64,000 bases of DNA from Candidatus Raymondbacteria bacterium RIFOXYA2_FULL_49_16 (GCA_001789205.1 MFYT01000039.1:85295-149294), one strand, 5' to 3'; numbered from the stretch's first letter, positions 36,981-47,585 are shown. Notes: a model not told the origin generated them from the letters alone. Translations and numbers: made by a program.

Positions 36981-38719
36981 TGAATATACAGAAACATACG
37001 GCCGATGTCTGCGTTATCGGCGGCGGCATGGCCGGCTTGTGCGCGGCAATTGCCGCTGCGCGGAACGGTGCTGTTACAGTGCTTATGCACGACAGGCCGG
37101 TCCTTGGCGGTAATGCTTCAAGCGAAATGCGCATTCATATCTGCGGTGCGGACAGGCAAGGCGATATTATTAACATGCGCGAAACCGGAATATTAGAAGA
37201 GATACGCCTTGAAAACCTGTACCGCAATCCCAACAGGAACTTTTCAATCTGGGACACGGTGCTTTATGAAAAGGCCATGCTCCAGCCCAATCTCACGACC
37301 CTGTTCAATTGCAGTTGTGTCAATGCAGGCATGGAGGGGATCACGATAAAATCCGTTACCGGCTGGCAGCTCAATACCTATACCCATCATGAAATTTCAG
37401 CAAAGATATTTATCGATTGCTCAGGCGACAGTGTTCTTGCGTCATTATCCGGGGCCATGTACCGGCAGGGGAGAGAAGGTAATAATGAATTCAACGAGTC
37501 AGTCGCGCCAGAGAAGGCCGATGAAAAGACCATGGGCATGACCTGCCTTTTTCACAGCAGAAAATATGATACGGCCCAGGTGTTTAAGCCTTATGCGTGG
37601 GCCTATACCTTTGAAAAGGACGATGAGTTGCCCTATGGCGCCAAAGGGCATGGCTGGTTTGAGATGGGTTATTGGTGGGTGGAATTGGGCGGTGAGGCTG
37701 ATACTATCCGGGATACGGAAAAACTTCGGCATGAGCTACTGCGCATTGTTTTTGGACTATGGGATCATATTAAAAATCGCGGGGATCACGGAGCTGACAA
37801 TTGGGCCCTTGACTGGGTCCAGTTTCTGCCTGCAAAGCGCGAGAACAGGCGATACATTGGCGATCATATACTCAATCAGAACGATGTTGAGGCTGAGGGC
37901 CGTTTTGACGACCTGGTTGCCTATGGCGGCTGGCCAATGGACGACCACCATCCGGCCGGGTTTTGCGCTGTGAAACTGAGCAACCCTGCCACAATTTTCC
38001 ATTCCGCGCCCAGTCCATTCGGGATTCCCTACAGGTGTCTGTATTCTAAAAATATTTCCAATCTCATGTTTGCGGGCAGGAACGTGAGTTGTACGCATTT
38101 GGCCATGAGCGCAACCCGCGTCATGGGCACAGGCTGTTCCATGGGCCAGGCAGCGGGCACGGCCGCGGCACTTGCGGCAAAGTCCTCACAGACACCGCGC
38201 GACATTCTGGGCCGGATCAGGGAATTGCAGCAGGTTCTTATTCGGGACGATTGTTATTTACCATGGGTAAAACAGGAATTCTCGCAACTCACTAAAGATG
38301 CGGTCATCGAGTCCTCATCGGGCAGTGGTGAGAGTGTTCGTGACGGGATAAACCGGCCAGTGGGTCAGGAGCAGCATGGCTGGTCCTGCAGGCCGGGCGA
38401 GTCACTGACACTTACTTTTTCCCAAGAGCATAGCGTGGAGCAGGCGACCATGCTTCTGGACAGTGCGCTCCACAGGCTCAATGCGCTCAGCTATCATCAG
38501 GGCGATGAGCAGCTTACCAGCGTTCCTCCGGAAATGACCAAGTCATACACCCTTGAAGGGCTTTTTAATGGAACATGGACTGTGATAACCCGAGTGGAGA
38601 ATAATTACCAGCGACTAGTGCGTGTTCCCATACAAAAAAATATTCAGGGTGTTCGATTCACGCTTCATGAAACATGGGGAAGCGATCAGAGCACTGTTTA
38701 TTCGTTCAATGTTGAATAA
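36977..38719 (+). CDS. FAD-dependent oxidoreductase (PF12831 family), paralog of the ORF at 35592
   Basis: 'DVCVIGGGMAGLCAAIAAARNG'. Shared internal motifs 'NVSCTH[IL]A' and 'GAAGTAAAL' with the upstream paralog. Confidence 0.7.
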   Translation: MMNIQKHTADVCVIGGGMAGLCAAIAAARNGAVTVLMHDRPVLGGNASSEMRIHICGADRQGDIINMRETGILEEIRLENLYRNPNRNFSIWDTVLYEKAMLQPNLTTLFNCSCVNAGMEGITIKSVTGWQLNTYTHHEISAKIFIDCSGDSVLASLSGAMYRQGREGNNEFNESVAPEKADEKTMGMTCLFHSRKYDTAQVFKPYAWAYTFEKDDELPYGAKGHGWFEMGYWWVELGGEADTIRDTEKLRHELLRIVFGLWDHIKNRGDHGADNWALDWVQFLPAKRENRRYIGDHILNQNDVEAEGRFDDLVAYGGWPMDDHHPAGFCAVKLSNPATIFHSAPSPFGIPYRCLYSKNISNLMFAGRNVSCTHLAMSATRVMGTGCSMGQAAGTAAALAAKSSQTPRDILGRIRELQQVLIRDDCYLPWVKQEFSQLTKDAVIESSSGSGESVRDGINRPVGQEQHGWSCRPGESLTLTFSQEHSVEQATMLLDSALHRLNALSYHQGDEQLTSVPPEMTKSYTLEGLFNGTWTVITRVENNYQRLVRVPIQKNIQGVRFTLHETWGSDQSTVYSFNVE

Positions 38720-38755
38720 AGACAGGTTGTGCGCGATTCTTAGCGGTTGGTAATA

Positions 38756-40105
38756 CTACAGGTTTGCGCCGTTTTGTTCAATAACCGTCCGGTACCAGTG
38801 CGCTGAATCCTTGAGGATCCGTTTCTGGGTACAATAATCGACAAAAATAAGGCCAAACCGTTCCTTGTATCCTTTTGCCCACTCAAAATTATCCATCACA
38901 GACCATTGGAAATACCCAAGAATTTCAGCACCATCCTTTTGGGCGCGTTTAAGCTCCTTCAAATAGCGGGTAAGGAAGTCAATGCGCTGCGGATCGTGCA
39001 CCTTGCCATCCAGAGAAACAATGTCCCGGTTTGACATGCCATTTTCAGTGATATAGATGGGCAATTTGTAGGTGTCGTAAATAAACTTGGGGCCATAATA
39101 CAGTGCTGAGGGAAGAACGAGCCAGTCTATGCCGGTGAGAGGATGGCCTGCGGGAACACGCGTCTCTTCCAGCTCGCCTTTGCTATTTAGAGTGGTCGGT
39201 TCAGCGCTGTAAATATTCAGCCCGAGAAAATCTATGGGCTGTGCAATGGTTTTCATTTCATCGGCAGAAGGCCGCAACGCCTCCAGCTTCATGGTACTCC
39301 AGAGCTGCTCAGGATAGGCGCCTTTAACTATGGGAGCTGCCCAGTAATGGTGGCTGAAGATGTTGGTAAGCGTATCAACGCCAAAATTGCCATTCATGGC
39401 CTTGAGTGTTGCAGGGTCTTCGTTGTACGGGACCCTGAATTCCATGGCAAGCGCGCTGCCAATGCTGCTCTTTTGCGCGTGCGCACGGAGCGCCTGCACT
39501 GCCTTGCCGTGCGAGAGATTCACATTGTGTATTATGGTAAACAATTGGGGGAATTCAAGTTTGTCGCCGGGCGCATGCTCTCCGATCTGATGGCCGATGC
39601 AGGTAAAGACCGCTGGTTCGTTAAAGGTCATCCAGTTTGAGACATGGTCTCCCAGCTGTTTGGCAACTGTGGTTGCGTATTCAGCAAACCAGTCTGACGA
39701 CTCTTTTCTGAGCCATCCGCCTTTGGCATAAAGATCGAGCGGATAGTCCCAGTGGAAAAGCGTAACATAGGGCGTGATACCCGCTGCACGGAGTTCATCA
39801 ATAAGGCGTTTGTAGAAATCAATTCCCTTGGTATTGACTTTGCCAATGCCTTCGGATAAAATACGGGGCCAGGAAAGGGAAAGGCGATATGCCTGTATGC
39901 CGATCTCCTTCATAAGCGCAATATCTTCTTTATAGCGGTGGTAATGGTCGCAGGCAATGTCACCGGTATGGCCCTTGTAGATTTTCCCTGGTTTTTTGCA
40001 GAACGCGTCCCAGACCGAGAGGCCTTTGCCATCCTCGTTTGCGGCGCCTTCTATCTGGTACGAGGCTGCTGCAACGCCCCAGATGAAATTTTTAGAGAAT
40101 GACAT
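38756..40105 (-). CDS. Glycoside hydrolase family 1 beta-glucosidase
   Basis: 'FIWGVAAASYQIEGA', 'TFNEP' (acid/base), 'YITENG' (nucleophile). Confidence 0.85.
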   Translation of the reverse strand: MSFSKNFIWGVAAASYQIEGAANEDGKGLSVWDAFCKKPGKIYKGHTGDIACDHYHRYKEDIALMKEIGIQAYRLSLSWPRILSEGIGKVNTKGIDFYKRLIDELRAAGITPYVTLFHWDYPLDLYAKGGWLRKESSDWFAEYATTVAKQLGDHVSNWMTFNEPAVFTCIGHQIGEHAPGDKLEFPQLFTIIHNVNLSHGKAVQALRAHAQKSSIGSALAMEFRVPYNEDPATLKAMNGNFGVDTLTNIFSHHYWAAPIVKGAYPEQLWSTMKLEALRPSADEMKTIAQPIDFLGLNIYSAEPTTLNSKGELEETRVPAGHPLTGIDWLVLPSALYYGPKFIYDTYKLPIYITENGMSNRDIVSLDGKVHDPQRIDFLTRYLKELKRAQKDGAEILGYFQWSVMDNFEWAKGYKERFGLIFVDYCTQKRILKDSAHWYRTVIEQNGANL

Positions 40106-40198
40106 GAGAGAGAAAATAATCGATGATAAAGATACTGTGCCAGCTCTTCCCGTAATTGCCTAATTGAATCACGGAAAACACTGCAACTTTGAGCAGGA

Positions 40199-41758
40199 TT
40201 ATCTGACCAGCGCGACCTTTTTGGAAAACCGTTTCCCCTTGGCAAGACAATTCAGAATGTATACGCCTGGAGATATGTCTCGCGCATCCCACACAATAGT
40301 ATTCCGAGGTTTTAATGCTGCGCATTTGATCACTTGTCCCCGTAGGTTTGATAACTTCACTTGAGCATTGGATTCGCAATTCGATAGTGAAACGGTCATA
40401 CTGGCGTTACATGGGTTTGGGGAGACCGCCAGTTCCGTTTCCCGCCCTGTAATTGCTTCTTCAACAGCATCCGGAGAGAACTGGTACGCGCCTGCGGTTG
40501 CTAGGGCGGGCCGCGTCCGGCCTTCAAGGTCATAGACTGCTTCAGCAATGCTCGGTACCTGAAAATCACGCGTGGGATGAAAATCATAGACATCAGAAAC
40601 GCTGTTGAACGCGGACGGGGCCTGCACCCGCACATTATCAGCGTCATAGCACCCGCTGGAAAACGCTCCCCCAAAATACACATTGTTCCGTGCGGGAACC
40701 TGGTTGAAACATGTGCCCAGAGAGCCATCACCCTCCGGGTTCCATATGGTGTTGTGATATATCCATCCATTGGTCACGCTGCTGCCGATCTCAAAACTGA
40801 CATTGTATCTGAACCGCGGATCAGGGTCGTCGGCAACGACGATATTATTCAACGCCCACATGAAATTGCCGCCCGAACCCATGATGGCCATGCGCGCTCC
40901 CATATTGCAATTGATTATCAGATTGCCTTCGGTCAGCACTGAGTCGGTATGGTCCCACATAAGGATTGCGTCTGAATTGCCGCTGCCACCCTGCCTGAAG
41001 TTCCTGAAGAGGTTGTACCTGATGATCCAATTGACGCCCTTGTGGACATCCACACCCTGTGTTTCATACGTGCTTTCCGCGAAAAGCGCGTCGGTATAAT
41101 GCAGGTAGCTGCATTCGACAATGCAGTCCCTACTGCTGATCCCTGTGCCTGCCGCCACTTTTACCATCTGGCTGCCGCAGTCGTGCAGTTCAATGTTGTG
41201 CATGATGATATTCCGCCCCGAGTACCCTGTATTGCCGTCGATCTTGATCATTTTACCGGGGAAATTGCGTATGGTGAGGTCGGCAATGACAAAATGCTGC
41301 ACATCCTGCGTCTGGATGAACGACGCGATGCCGCACGGGCTGGGGCCACCGTATTCACTTGACTTCCAGAAGTTTGGGCTGGTCCTTGGGTCGAGTCCGG
41401 CCAAAACAACGTCTTCCCGGCGGCCGGTTTCGCCGCGTACCATGATGCAGCGCCGCGGTTCGGTGCTGCCGCCAATCGTGATGTTCCGGCAGCCAAGTAT
41501 GTACGGGGCAGTGTCCGCGGCGATCACGTAGGTTGTACTGTCGTCCTTGTTGAGCTGGTTGAGGAACTGCATGAAACTGATGGACCCATTGCCGCCAAAC
41601 CGCGTGACGCGCACGATGCTGTTCTCCGCGCATGGCGCGTAGGATTCAACATGTTCCTGGTGCCATTCGGCGCATCCGCAGGATGCCGGAGGCCAGGATA
41701 CTTGGGCGCTAGCGAACGCACAAGCGCTTGTGACCATTACTGCTGCAATTTTCCCCAA
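40199..41758 (-). CDS. T9SS-sorted right-handed parallel beta-helix protein (pectate-lyase-like fold)
   Basis: Signal peptide. Repeated beta-helix rungs 'NIIMHNIELHDCGSQMVKV'. Degenerate C-terminal sorting domain 'VSPNPCNASMTVSL...KRFSKKVALVR'. Confidence 0.55.
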   Translation of the reverse strand: MGKIAAVMVTSACAFASAQVSWPPASCGCAEWHQEHVESYAPCAENSIVRVTRFGGNGSISFMQFLNQLNKDDSTTYVIAADTAPYILGCRNITIGGSTEPRRCIMVRGETGRREDVVLAGLDPRTSPNFWKSSEYGGPSPCGIASFIQTQDVQHFVIADLTIRNFPGKMIKIDGNTGYSGRNIIMHNIELHDCGSQMVKVAAGTGISSRDCIVECSYLHYTDALFAESTYETQGVDVHKGVNWIIRYNLFRNFRQGGSGNSDAILMWDHTDSVLTEGNLIINCNMGARMAIMGSGGNFMWALNNIVVADDPDPRFRYNVSFEIGSSVTNGWIYHNTIWNPEGDGSLGTCFNQVPARNNVYFGGAFSSGCYDADNVRVQAPSAFNSVSDVYDFHPTRDFQVPSIAEAVYDLEGRTRPALATAGAYQFSPDAVEEAITGRETELAVSPNPCNASMTVSLSNCESNAQVKLSNLRGQVIKCAALKPRNTIVWDARDISPGVYILNCLAKGKRFSKKVALVR

Positions 41759-41875
41759 TTTTCCCCCTTAAATCCATTTTAAAAATAGCCCTTCCTGCCG
41801 GGGAAAACAAGTAAAAAAGGCGGCGTGGCAGGTATTTAAGCCCTGGGACTGTAGGAAAAATTATATTTGAGAAAC

Positions 41876-42961
41876 ATGGCTTCTCCGACTGCAAAGCGAA
41901 TTCTGGTCGCGCCCCTGGATTGGGGGCTGGGCCATGCCACCCGGTGCATACCCATAATCCGGCTGCTGCTCTCGCGCGGCCACGAAGTAATGGTTGCCGG
42001 CGACACTGGTCTTCTCAGCGAGACCTTTCCCGGACTTGCCTCGTTTTCCCTGGTGCGTTACAATATGACGTACGCGGCCACGCCTTTTGGCATGGCGCTG
42101 AAATTCCCTGCCATGGTATTGCGCGTTCTGAGAAAATCGCGGCAGGAGCATCGCGAACTTGAGGCATTGATCGAAAAACACCGCATTGATGTTGTTATTT
42201 CCGACCAGCGGTTCGGCTGTTATTCGGCCAAGGCTAGGTCAATTTACCTTACGCACCAGTTGTGCGTAAAAATGCCCAATGGGTTTGGCTTTTTCGAGGC
42301 CTTGGTTGCCCGCAGCCTGCGGTATGCGGCCAACAGGTTCCATGAAGTATGGGTCCCGGATGTTCCGGGTCAGGATAACCTTACCGGAGACCTTACGCAA
42401 AAATATCCAGCGCCAAACCATCGCCGTTTCATCGGCGTGCTTTCGCGTTTTGGGACCCAAGCCCCTGCTATCGGTGATGGTGAACGGATCGACCTTCTGG
42501 TCATGCTTTCCGGACCCGAACCCCAGCGGACCATGTTTGAGCGGAAAGTGCTGTCGCATTTACGGGCTTTTTCAGGCGCGGCAATTGTTTTGCTCGGCCG
42601 TCCAAATACAATTCTGGCTGAGAAGTATCCGCACAATATCCAGGTTTTTGCCCACTTGCCATCAGCGGACATTGAACGTTTTATCAGGGGAGCGAACGCT
42701 ATTGTGTGCAGAGGCGGATACACGACAATCATGGATCTGGTTTCGCTGAAGAAAAAGGCGCTGCTGGTGCCCACACCCGGTCAGAGTGAACAGGAATATC
42801 TGTGCGCCCGGCTTTCGCGCAGCAGCATGTTCGCGTCAATGGACCAGGAGACGTTTGATTTGCGCAAGGGAATGGACATGCTTCAGCGATACAGCCACTC
42901 TTCTTTGCCTAAGAGCGATACAACCCTTCTTATCGAGGCTTTTGAAGCCAATGGGCTTTAG
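41876..42961 (+). CDS. Glycosyltransferase (MGT/UDP-glycosyltransferase-like, GT-B fold)
   Basis: 'ILVAPLDWGLGHATRCIPII' N-terminal GT-B motif. Length about 360 aa. Confidence 0.6.
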   Translation: MASPTAKRILVAPLDWGLGHATRCIPIIRLLLSRGHEVMVAGDTGLLSETFPGLASFSLVRYNMTYAATPFGMALKFPAMVLRVLRKSRQEHRELEALIEKHRIDVVISDQRFGCYSAKARSIYLTHQLCVKMPNGFGFFEALVARSLRYAANRFHEVWVPDVPGQDNLTGDLTQKYPAPNHRRFIGVLSRFGTQAPAIGDGERIDLLVMLSGPEPQRTMFERKVLSHLRAFSGAAIVLLGRPNTILAEKYPHNIQVFAHLPSADIERFIRGANAIVCRGGYTTIMDLVSLKKKALLVPTPGQSEQEYLCARLSRSSMFASMDQETFDLRKGMDMLQRYSHSSLPKSDTTLLIEAFEANGL

Positions 42962-42982
42962 CGCGACCGCATATATTTTAAC

Positions 42983-44638
42983 TTATTTCATCAATATCAG
43001 ACGTTTTTCCATGGTCTGAGCGCCTATTTGCGCTCTGGCAATGTACATGCCCGAGGGAAGATGAGATGCGTCCCAGGTAATACACGTTGGCAACTGGCAG
43101 TTGGCCCGCGAAGCGAGGCGAGCAGCTGACAGCTTCTGGAGACGCTTCCCATGTATGTTCAAAATATTTATTTCTATCATCTCTTCACCTGCAATCACCC
43201 GCCCGTGTATCGTTATTCTTGTGCTTGGATTAAGGGGATTGGGGCATGCTTCCATAATGGGACAATCCCATTCCGGCGAGGCGGGCGCTGGTGCGGCGCG
43301 GGTATGAGACTGCTTGACAATAAGTACTCGGCGATACCGCGTCAGGGCAGGACTGCCGTTGTCTGTCACGATGAGCACCACGTGGATTGTGTCAGTATCG
43401 TCAATATCTGACGGTACGAGTACATTCGCCGTCTGCGCGGTTGAATCCGCTATATGGACCAGGCCATTGTATGTCCCGGCTTCCCGGTAGTACTCCCAAA
43501 CGTACGATAGCGCATTGCCGTCAGGATCGCTGGAGCCTGCGGCGCTGAGCGGCACCGTGCTTCCCGGAGAAGCCTCAATGGTCAGATGGGTAAGGTCATC
43601 ACTGCCGTTCACCACGGGAACGGGTTCATGATTGGCTTGGGAAAATCCTTTTACGCACCAGTCCATGCGCGCCTTGAAATCGTTCTGCAAATGGACTGCC
43701 CAGCGTTTGAGCGTGTTGTCGCGGTTGGTGCTCCCCTGCCAGGCGTCCTGCTGGTCCGGCCACGTATATTGAGGACCCCTCGCATAGGGTCCATTGTCAG
43801 TGGCACTGTACCGTCCTGCCCATCCTCCCCATTGCGGGCGCATGGGCTCGCACAGTCCGTTGGGAATGACCAGCAGAAATTCATGCGTGTCTCCCTCCTT
43901 CTGGATCGTATATAACGCACCAAGAGGACCATGGTTCGTCAGGACATCCGCGGTAATATTGAACCCGCCCGCGTTATAGGTAAGCGGCTCGAACCGGTGA
44001 TACCATCTGGAGCCGAACGCTTCGCACGGATAGGTCCCGCATTTTGTGTATGTTAGAATTCGCCAGAGCGGTATTATTGAAGTATCATGGGCCCCGAATT
44101 TGGGATCGCCGTTTATCCTGATTTTGTTCTTGAACGCTTCATATCCGGCCTGACCGCGTTCCGCAAGGACCTTGTCGAGTGCGCGCCACAAGCTGGATTT
44201 TGTTCCGTCGTCCGCACCCCAGTTGGAGAACCACACGGGACGCGGGTCAGCCTTATCCACGGCCGCTATGATCAGATTAACGCCGTCGTCAACAGTATTG
44301 TATCCGGCAACGGTACGGTCCCAGAGAAACTGTTTAGCGGGAAAATCCGCCTTATGCTGTTTCAGTGAATCGTACACCTCTCCGTAGGCGTTCACATAGC
44401 TTTGCACAATCGCCAGACCGGTTGGTAGCGGATTGGGATTGTCCGACCGGGTAACAGGCCGCGTGGCAATAATGCCCTCAATGTCCCATTCATTGGCATA
44501 CAAGAACCAGCGTACCAGAGAAGCTTCATCATCAGGGTCGCCACCAGCATCGGTTTCAATAATACAACGAATTTTTTCAGCATAACCGGTTGCCGCGAAA
44601 ACAGTTATGCAAAAAATAATACATATTTTCTTCAGCAT
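42983..44638 (-). CDS. T9SS-sorted DUF1593 (nucleoside-hydrolase-like) domain protein
   Basis: 'IIETDAGGDPDDEASLVRWFLY' is typical of the DUF1593 N-terminal domain. C-terminal sorting domain 'EACPNPLNPSTRITI...'. Confidence 0.55.
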   Translation of the reverse strand: MLKKICIIFCITVFAATGYAEKIRCIIETDAGGDPDDEASLVRWFLYANEWDIEGIIATRPVTRSDNPNPLPTGLAIVQSYVNAYGEVYDSLKQHKADFPAKQFLWDRTVAGYNTVDDGVNLIIAAVDKADPRPVWFSNWGADDGTKSSLWRALDKVLAERGQAGYEAFKNKIRINGDPKFGAHDTSIIPLWRILTYTKCGTYPCEAFGSRWYHRFEPLTYNAGGFNITADVLTNHGPLGALYTIQKEGDTHEFLLVIPNGLCEPMRPQWGGWAGRYSATDNGPYARGPQYTWPDQQDAWQGSTNRDNTLKRWAVHLQNDFKARMDWCVKGFSQANHEPVPVVNGSDDLTHLTIEASPGSTVPLSAAGSSDPDGNALSYVWEYYREAGTYNGLVHIADSTAQTANVLVPSDIDDTDTIHVVLIVTDNGSPALTRYRRVLIVKQSHTRAAPAPASPEWDCPIMEACPNPLNPSTRITIHGRVIAGEEMIEINILNIHGKRLQKLSAARLASRANCQLPTCITWDASHLPSGMYIARAQIGAQTMEKRLILMK

Positions 44639-44731
44639 AGTACCTCCTTACCTCTTCAAACAAATTATCATAATCCATGGTGAAAAGCTTGAGAATTCAC
44701 ATTTTTATACTGTGAATTCGCCGGGAAAATC

Positions 44732-46243
44732 CTAAGATAGGCTTTTTTCCTTCTTCCGATAGTCAGAGGGGGTTGTTCCAACGGCCTTTTTAAATACCGT
44801 GGAGAAGTGTTCCAGGGAATTATACCCAGCTTCCATGGATATTTCCGTTATGGACTTTTCTGTACCGGAAAGAAGGCATTGGGCCAGCGTAATCCGTTCC
44901 GTGTTGAGGTATTGGGGAAAGGTCATGCCGGTTTTCTGGTTGAAGAGTATGGAGAACTTTCCCTTGTTAACCGCAATAATCCTGGCTGCATCCTCAATGC
45001 GCAAATCAGCGTTTCCGAGGTTTTCTTTAATGTGCAGCAATACCGCATCCAGGGGGTCTCCGATCGGGTGCATCTTGGGTGCGCTACGGACCTTCCGCAG
45101 TATTACTATAAACGCAAAAAGGACGATACCCGCGCAGATGAGGAGTACAAGCATGCATGGTCGGTTGTGGTTTCTGACGAAAACCAAGTTTCCCCATTCA
45201 GAGGGAAAATCGTTGGCCGCAATTGAAACGCCGCTCCAGGTGGTCCGTATGCATTTGCCGTCTTCGCGTTCCCAGTTTCCATTGAAAAAATCAAACCCAA
45301 TAGTATCATTGTTTCGGGGAATTGGCATGCGCAATTCGGTCCAGGGAATGAACAACTCAACGGTATATCCGGAATCCCGGTCTGAATAGTTGTTCACGGT
45401 CCCGAGTATTTGAACCGCTTTCCGGACACCTGTTCCCCAGATATACACCTGCCCGTTTTGGTAATCGAAAACATTCCCCTGGGTCGAATCCACAGATATG
45501 ATTATCTCGCAGTCACCGGTGTCGCGATATACGTTCCGGTCGTGGACCCGGTCAAAACACAGTTCAATGTTATCGTCGTACCACAGCGGAATAATCCGTG
45601 TCGCCGACCCTTCGAATTCTTCTGAAAGCGGCAGCCGCGGTGAGATTGCCGTGAGGTGGCGGTCGTGGACCATGCTTGCGAAGTAAAGCCCGGTTTCGTT
45701 CCAGAAAGACCAGAGCGATATCAGGTTGTCGGTTGAGAGCGTCAGTACCGGCGCCAGTTGCCGCCACTCATCGAGTACGCCGTCTATGCGAATATTTTTT
45801 TTCAGATACGGGACGTTTAGGGCAATGGTTTTATATTCCTGGTTCCGGTCAAAAAAGAGGGGGCGTGATGATTCGGGAAAAACCGTGTCTGTCCCAGACC
45901 CCTGCAAAAAAATGACCGCCATAAGCCACTTTTGTTTAAGGTATTGGTCGGGTATGCCGTGGCAGTCCCAGGCAAATTCGTAGGGTGGAACAGCAACCGG
46001 GCCGATCCGTAAAAAAGGGCTGCTCTGCGCGTTGAATGTATTGAAATTTTTTGTTTCGGCCATGCGATAATAAAAGACCACGGAATCGGCCTTCAGGGTA
46101 TCGATATCCACCTCAAGCCTGACCCGGTCGCCTGTAACCACGGAAAACGGTGCGGGTTTAATGAATCGGGGTGCGGCGCAGAGTGTAAGCGCAAAAAGAG
46201 GAATACCGAGGACCCGCAGATATGGCATACGGGTAAAATACAT
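44732..46243 (-). CDS. Membrane-anchored AraC-family regulator with CBM9-like extracytoplasmic sensor domain
   Basis: CBM9/DOMON-like 'IDGVLDEWRQLAPV'. TM 'MLVLLICAGIVLFAFIVIL'. C-terminal AraC HTH 'ITEISMEAGYNSLEHFSTVFKKAVGTTPSDYR'. Confidence 0.7.
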   Translation of the reverse strand: MYFTRMPYLRVLGIPLFALTLCAAPRFIKPAPFSVVTGDRVRLEVDIDTLKADSVVFYYRMAETKNFNTFNAQSSPFLRIGPVAVPPYEFAWDCHGIPDQYLKQKWLMAVIFLQGSGTDTVFPESSRPLFFDRNQEYKTIALNVPYLKKNIRIDGVLDEWRQLAPVLTLSTDNLISLWSFWNETGLYFASMVHDRHLTAISPRLPLSEEFEGSATRIIPLWYDDNIELCFDRVHDRNVYRDTGDCEIIISVDSTQGNVFDYQNGQVYIWGTGVRKAVQILGTVNNYSDRDSGYTVELFIPWTELRMPIPRNNDTIGFDFFNGNWEREDGKCIRTTWSGVSIAANDFPSEWGNLVFVRNHNRPCMLVLLICAGIVLFAFIVILRKVRSAPKMHPIGDPLDAVLLHIKENLGNADLRIEDAARIIAVNKGKFSILFNQKTGMTFPQYLNTERITLAQCLLSGTEKSITEISMEAGYNSLEHFSTVFKKAVGTTPSDYRKKEKSLS

Positions 46244-46385
46244 GTTTCAATGCATTGAAAAAAATGACAATAAGTATATGATTTTAACCAATCGTTGTAT
46301 GTATATGTTCTTACTGAACTGGCTTTTTTTCCCTTGTTATCGTGGTCCAGGAGGGTTATTTTTTTAAAGAAGAGGACGAATTTAC

Positions 46386-47585
46386 ATGCGGAATATGGAA
46401 AGCGTGGGCCTGTCTCGCCATCGTGTCCGCTACGAATCTTTCGGAGGAATACTTTCTTCAACCGACCCGCCTTTTCTTGCATGGGTTGATCGCACATTTC
46501 TCAGAGACGCCGGCTACGAAGAAAGTCCTTTATGGCATACAGATGACCCAGGGTATCTTTCGGCCCCCACTGAAGCGCATTTCTCAATAACAGAAAAGTG
46601 CAGCAGCGGATGTGCGGGGTGCTACATGGATTCTTGCGGAGAGACTGCCGTTGATCTTTCCCTTGAAGAGGTAAAGGCCGTTCTTGATACCTTGCGTGCC
46701 ATGGGCGTCTTTCATGTGGCGTTAGGGGGTGGGGAGGCTTTTGAACGGCCGGACTTTGAGGACATTGCCGCCTACTGCCGCGAAATCGGCCTGGTCCCAA
46801 ATCTTACCACCAATGGACAGCGAATGGGTGACCGCGAAATCGGCATATGCAGAATGATGGGTCAGGTAAATGTGTCCCTGGACGGGCTGGAAAGCCACTA
46901 TGGAGTAAACGGAAGAGCCGGGAGCTTTGAGCGGGCAGACCAGGCGTTGCGGAAACTCCGCGCCGCTGGCATTGCGGCAGGTATAAATTGTGTTGTATCT
47001 GTGAAAAATTATTCCCATATCAAAGATATAGCGGAATACGCCTGCACCCGCGGACTGGCGGAAATTGAATTCCTTAAATACAAGCCCTCGGGCAGAGGAA
47101 AAGACCGGTACCCGGATTTCGCGCTCAGCCAGGAGATGATCCGTTCTTTTTATCCGCGTATCCAGGAAATCGCCGCATCCCTGCCTGTGGAAATTAAAAT
47201 TGACTGTTCCTTTATTCCGGCAATGATGTACCATCACCCTCCTCTTGAAGAACTGGAGAAATGGGCGGTGGCTGGCTGTGACGGAGGAAACATGCTTTTG
47301 GGAATACGAAGCAGCGGTGTTTTTTCCGCCTGTTCTTTTATTTCAAACAATGACGCCGAAAGCGCTTTATCCCTTAAAACACACTGGCACACCTCAGCGC
47401 ACCTTTCACGATTCAGACGATGGACACAAAACCCTCCCGAACCCTGCGCGTCGTGCACCTATCTAACCATCTGCAGGGGTGGATGCCGGGCAGTGGCATT
47501 ATATTATAACCATGATTTCTCCTCGCCCGACCCTGAATGTCCGTTCGTATACGATTATATGTGCTGTAAAGGAGCCCTTAAATGA
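46386..47585 (+). CDS. Radical SAM / SPASM-domain protein (putative peptide-modifying maturase)
   Basis: Cx3Cx2C 'CSSGCAGC'. C-terminal Cys-rich SPASM-like region 'CASCTYLTICRGGCRAV'. Its stop overlaps the next start (ATGA). Confidence 0.75.
   Translation: MRNMESVGLSRHRVRYESFGGILSSTDPPFLAWVDRTFLRDAGYEESPLWHTDDPGYLSAPTEAHFSITEKCSSGCAGCYMDSCGETAVDLSLEEVKAVLDTLRAMGVFHVALGGGEAFERPDFEDIAAYCREIGLVPNLTTNGQRMGDREIGICRMMGQVNVSLDGLESHYGVNGRAGSFERADQALRKLRAAGIAAGINCVVSVKNYSHIKDIAEYACTRGLAEIEFLKYKPSGRGKDRYPDFALSQEMIRSFYPRIQEIAASLPVEIKIDCSFIPAMMYHHPPLEELEKWAVAGCDGGNMLLGIRSSGVFSACSFISNNDAESALSLKTHWHTSAHLSRFRRWTQNPPEPCASCTYLTICRGGCRAVALYYNHDFSSPDPECPFVYDYMCCKGALK

Noticed and set aside
40092-40379. 95-aa minus-strand ORF between the GH1 and beta-helix genes
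   Set aside because: It overlaps the GH1 start and the downstream gene end, has low-complexity translation and no start context.
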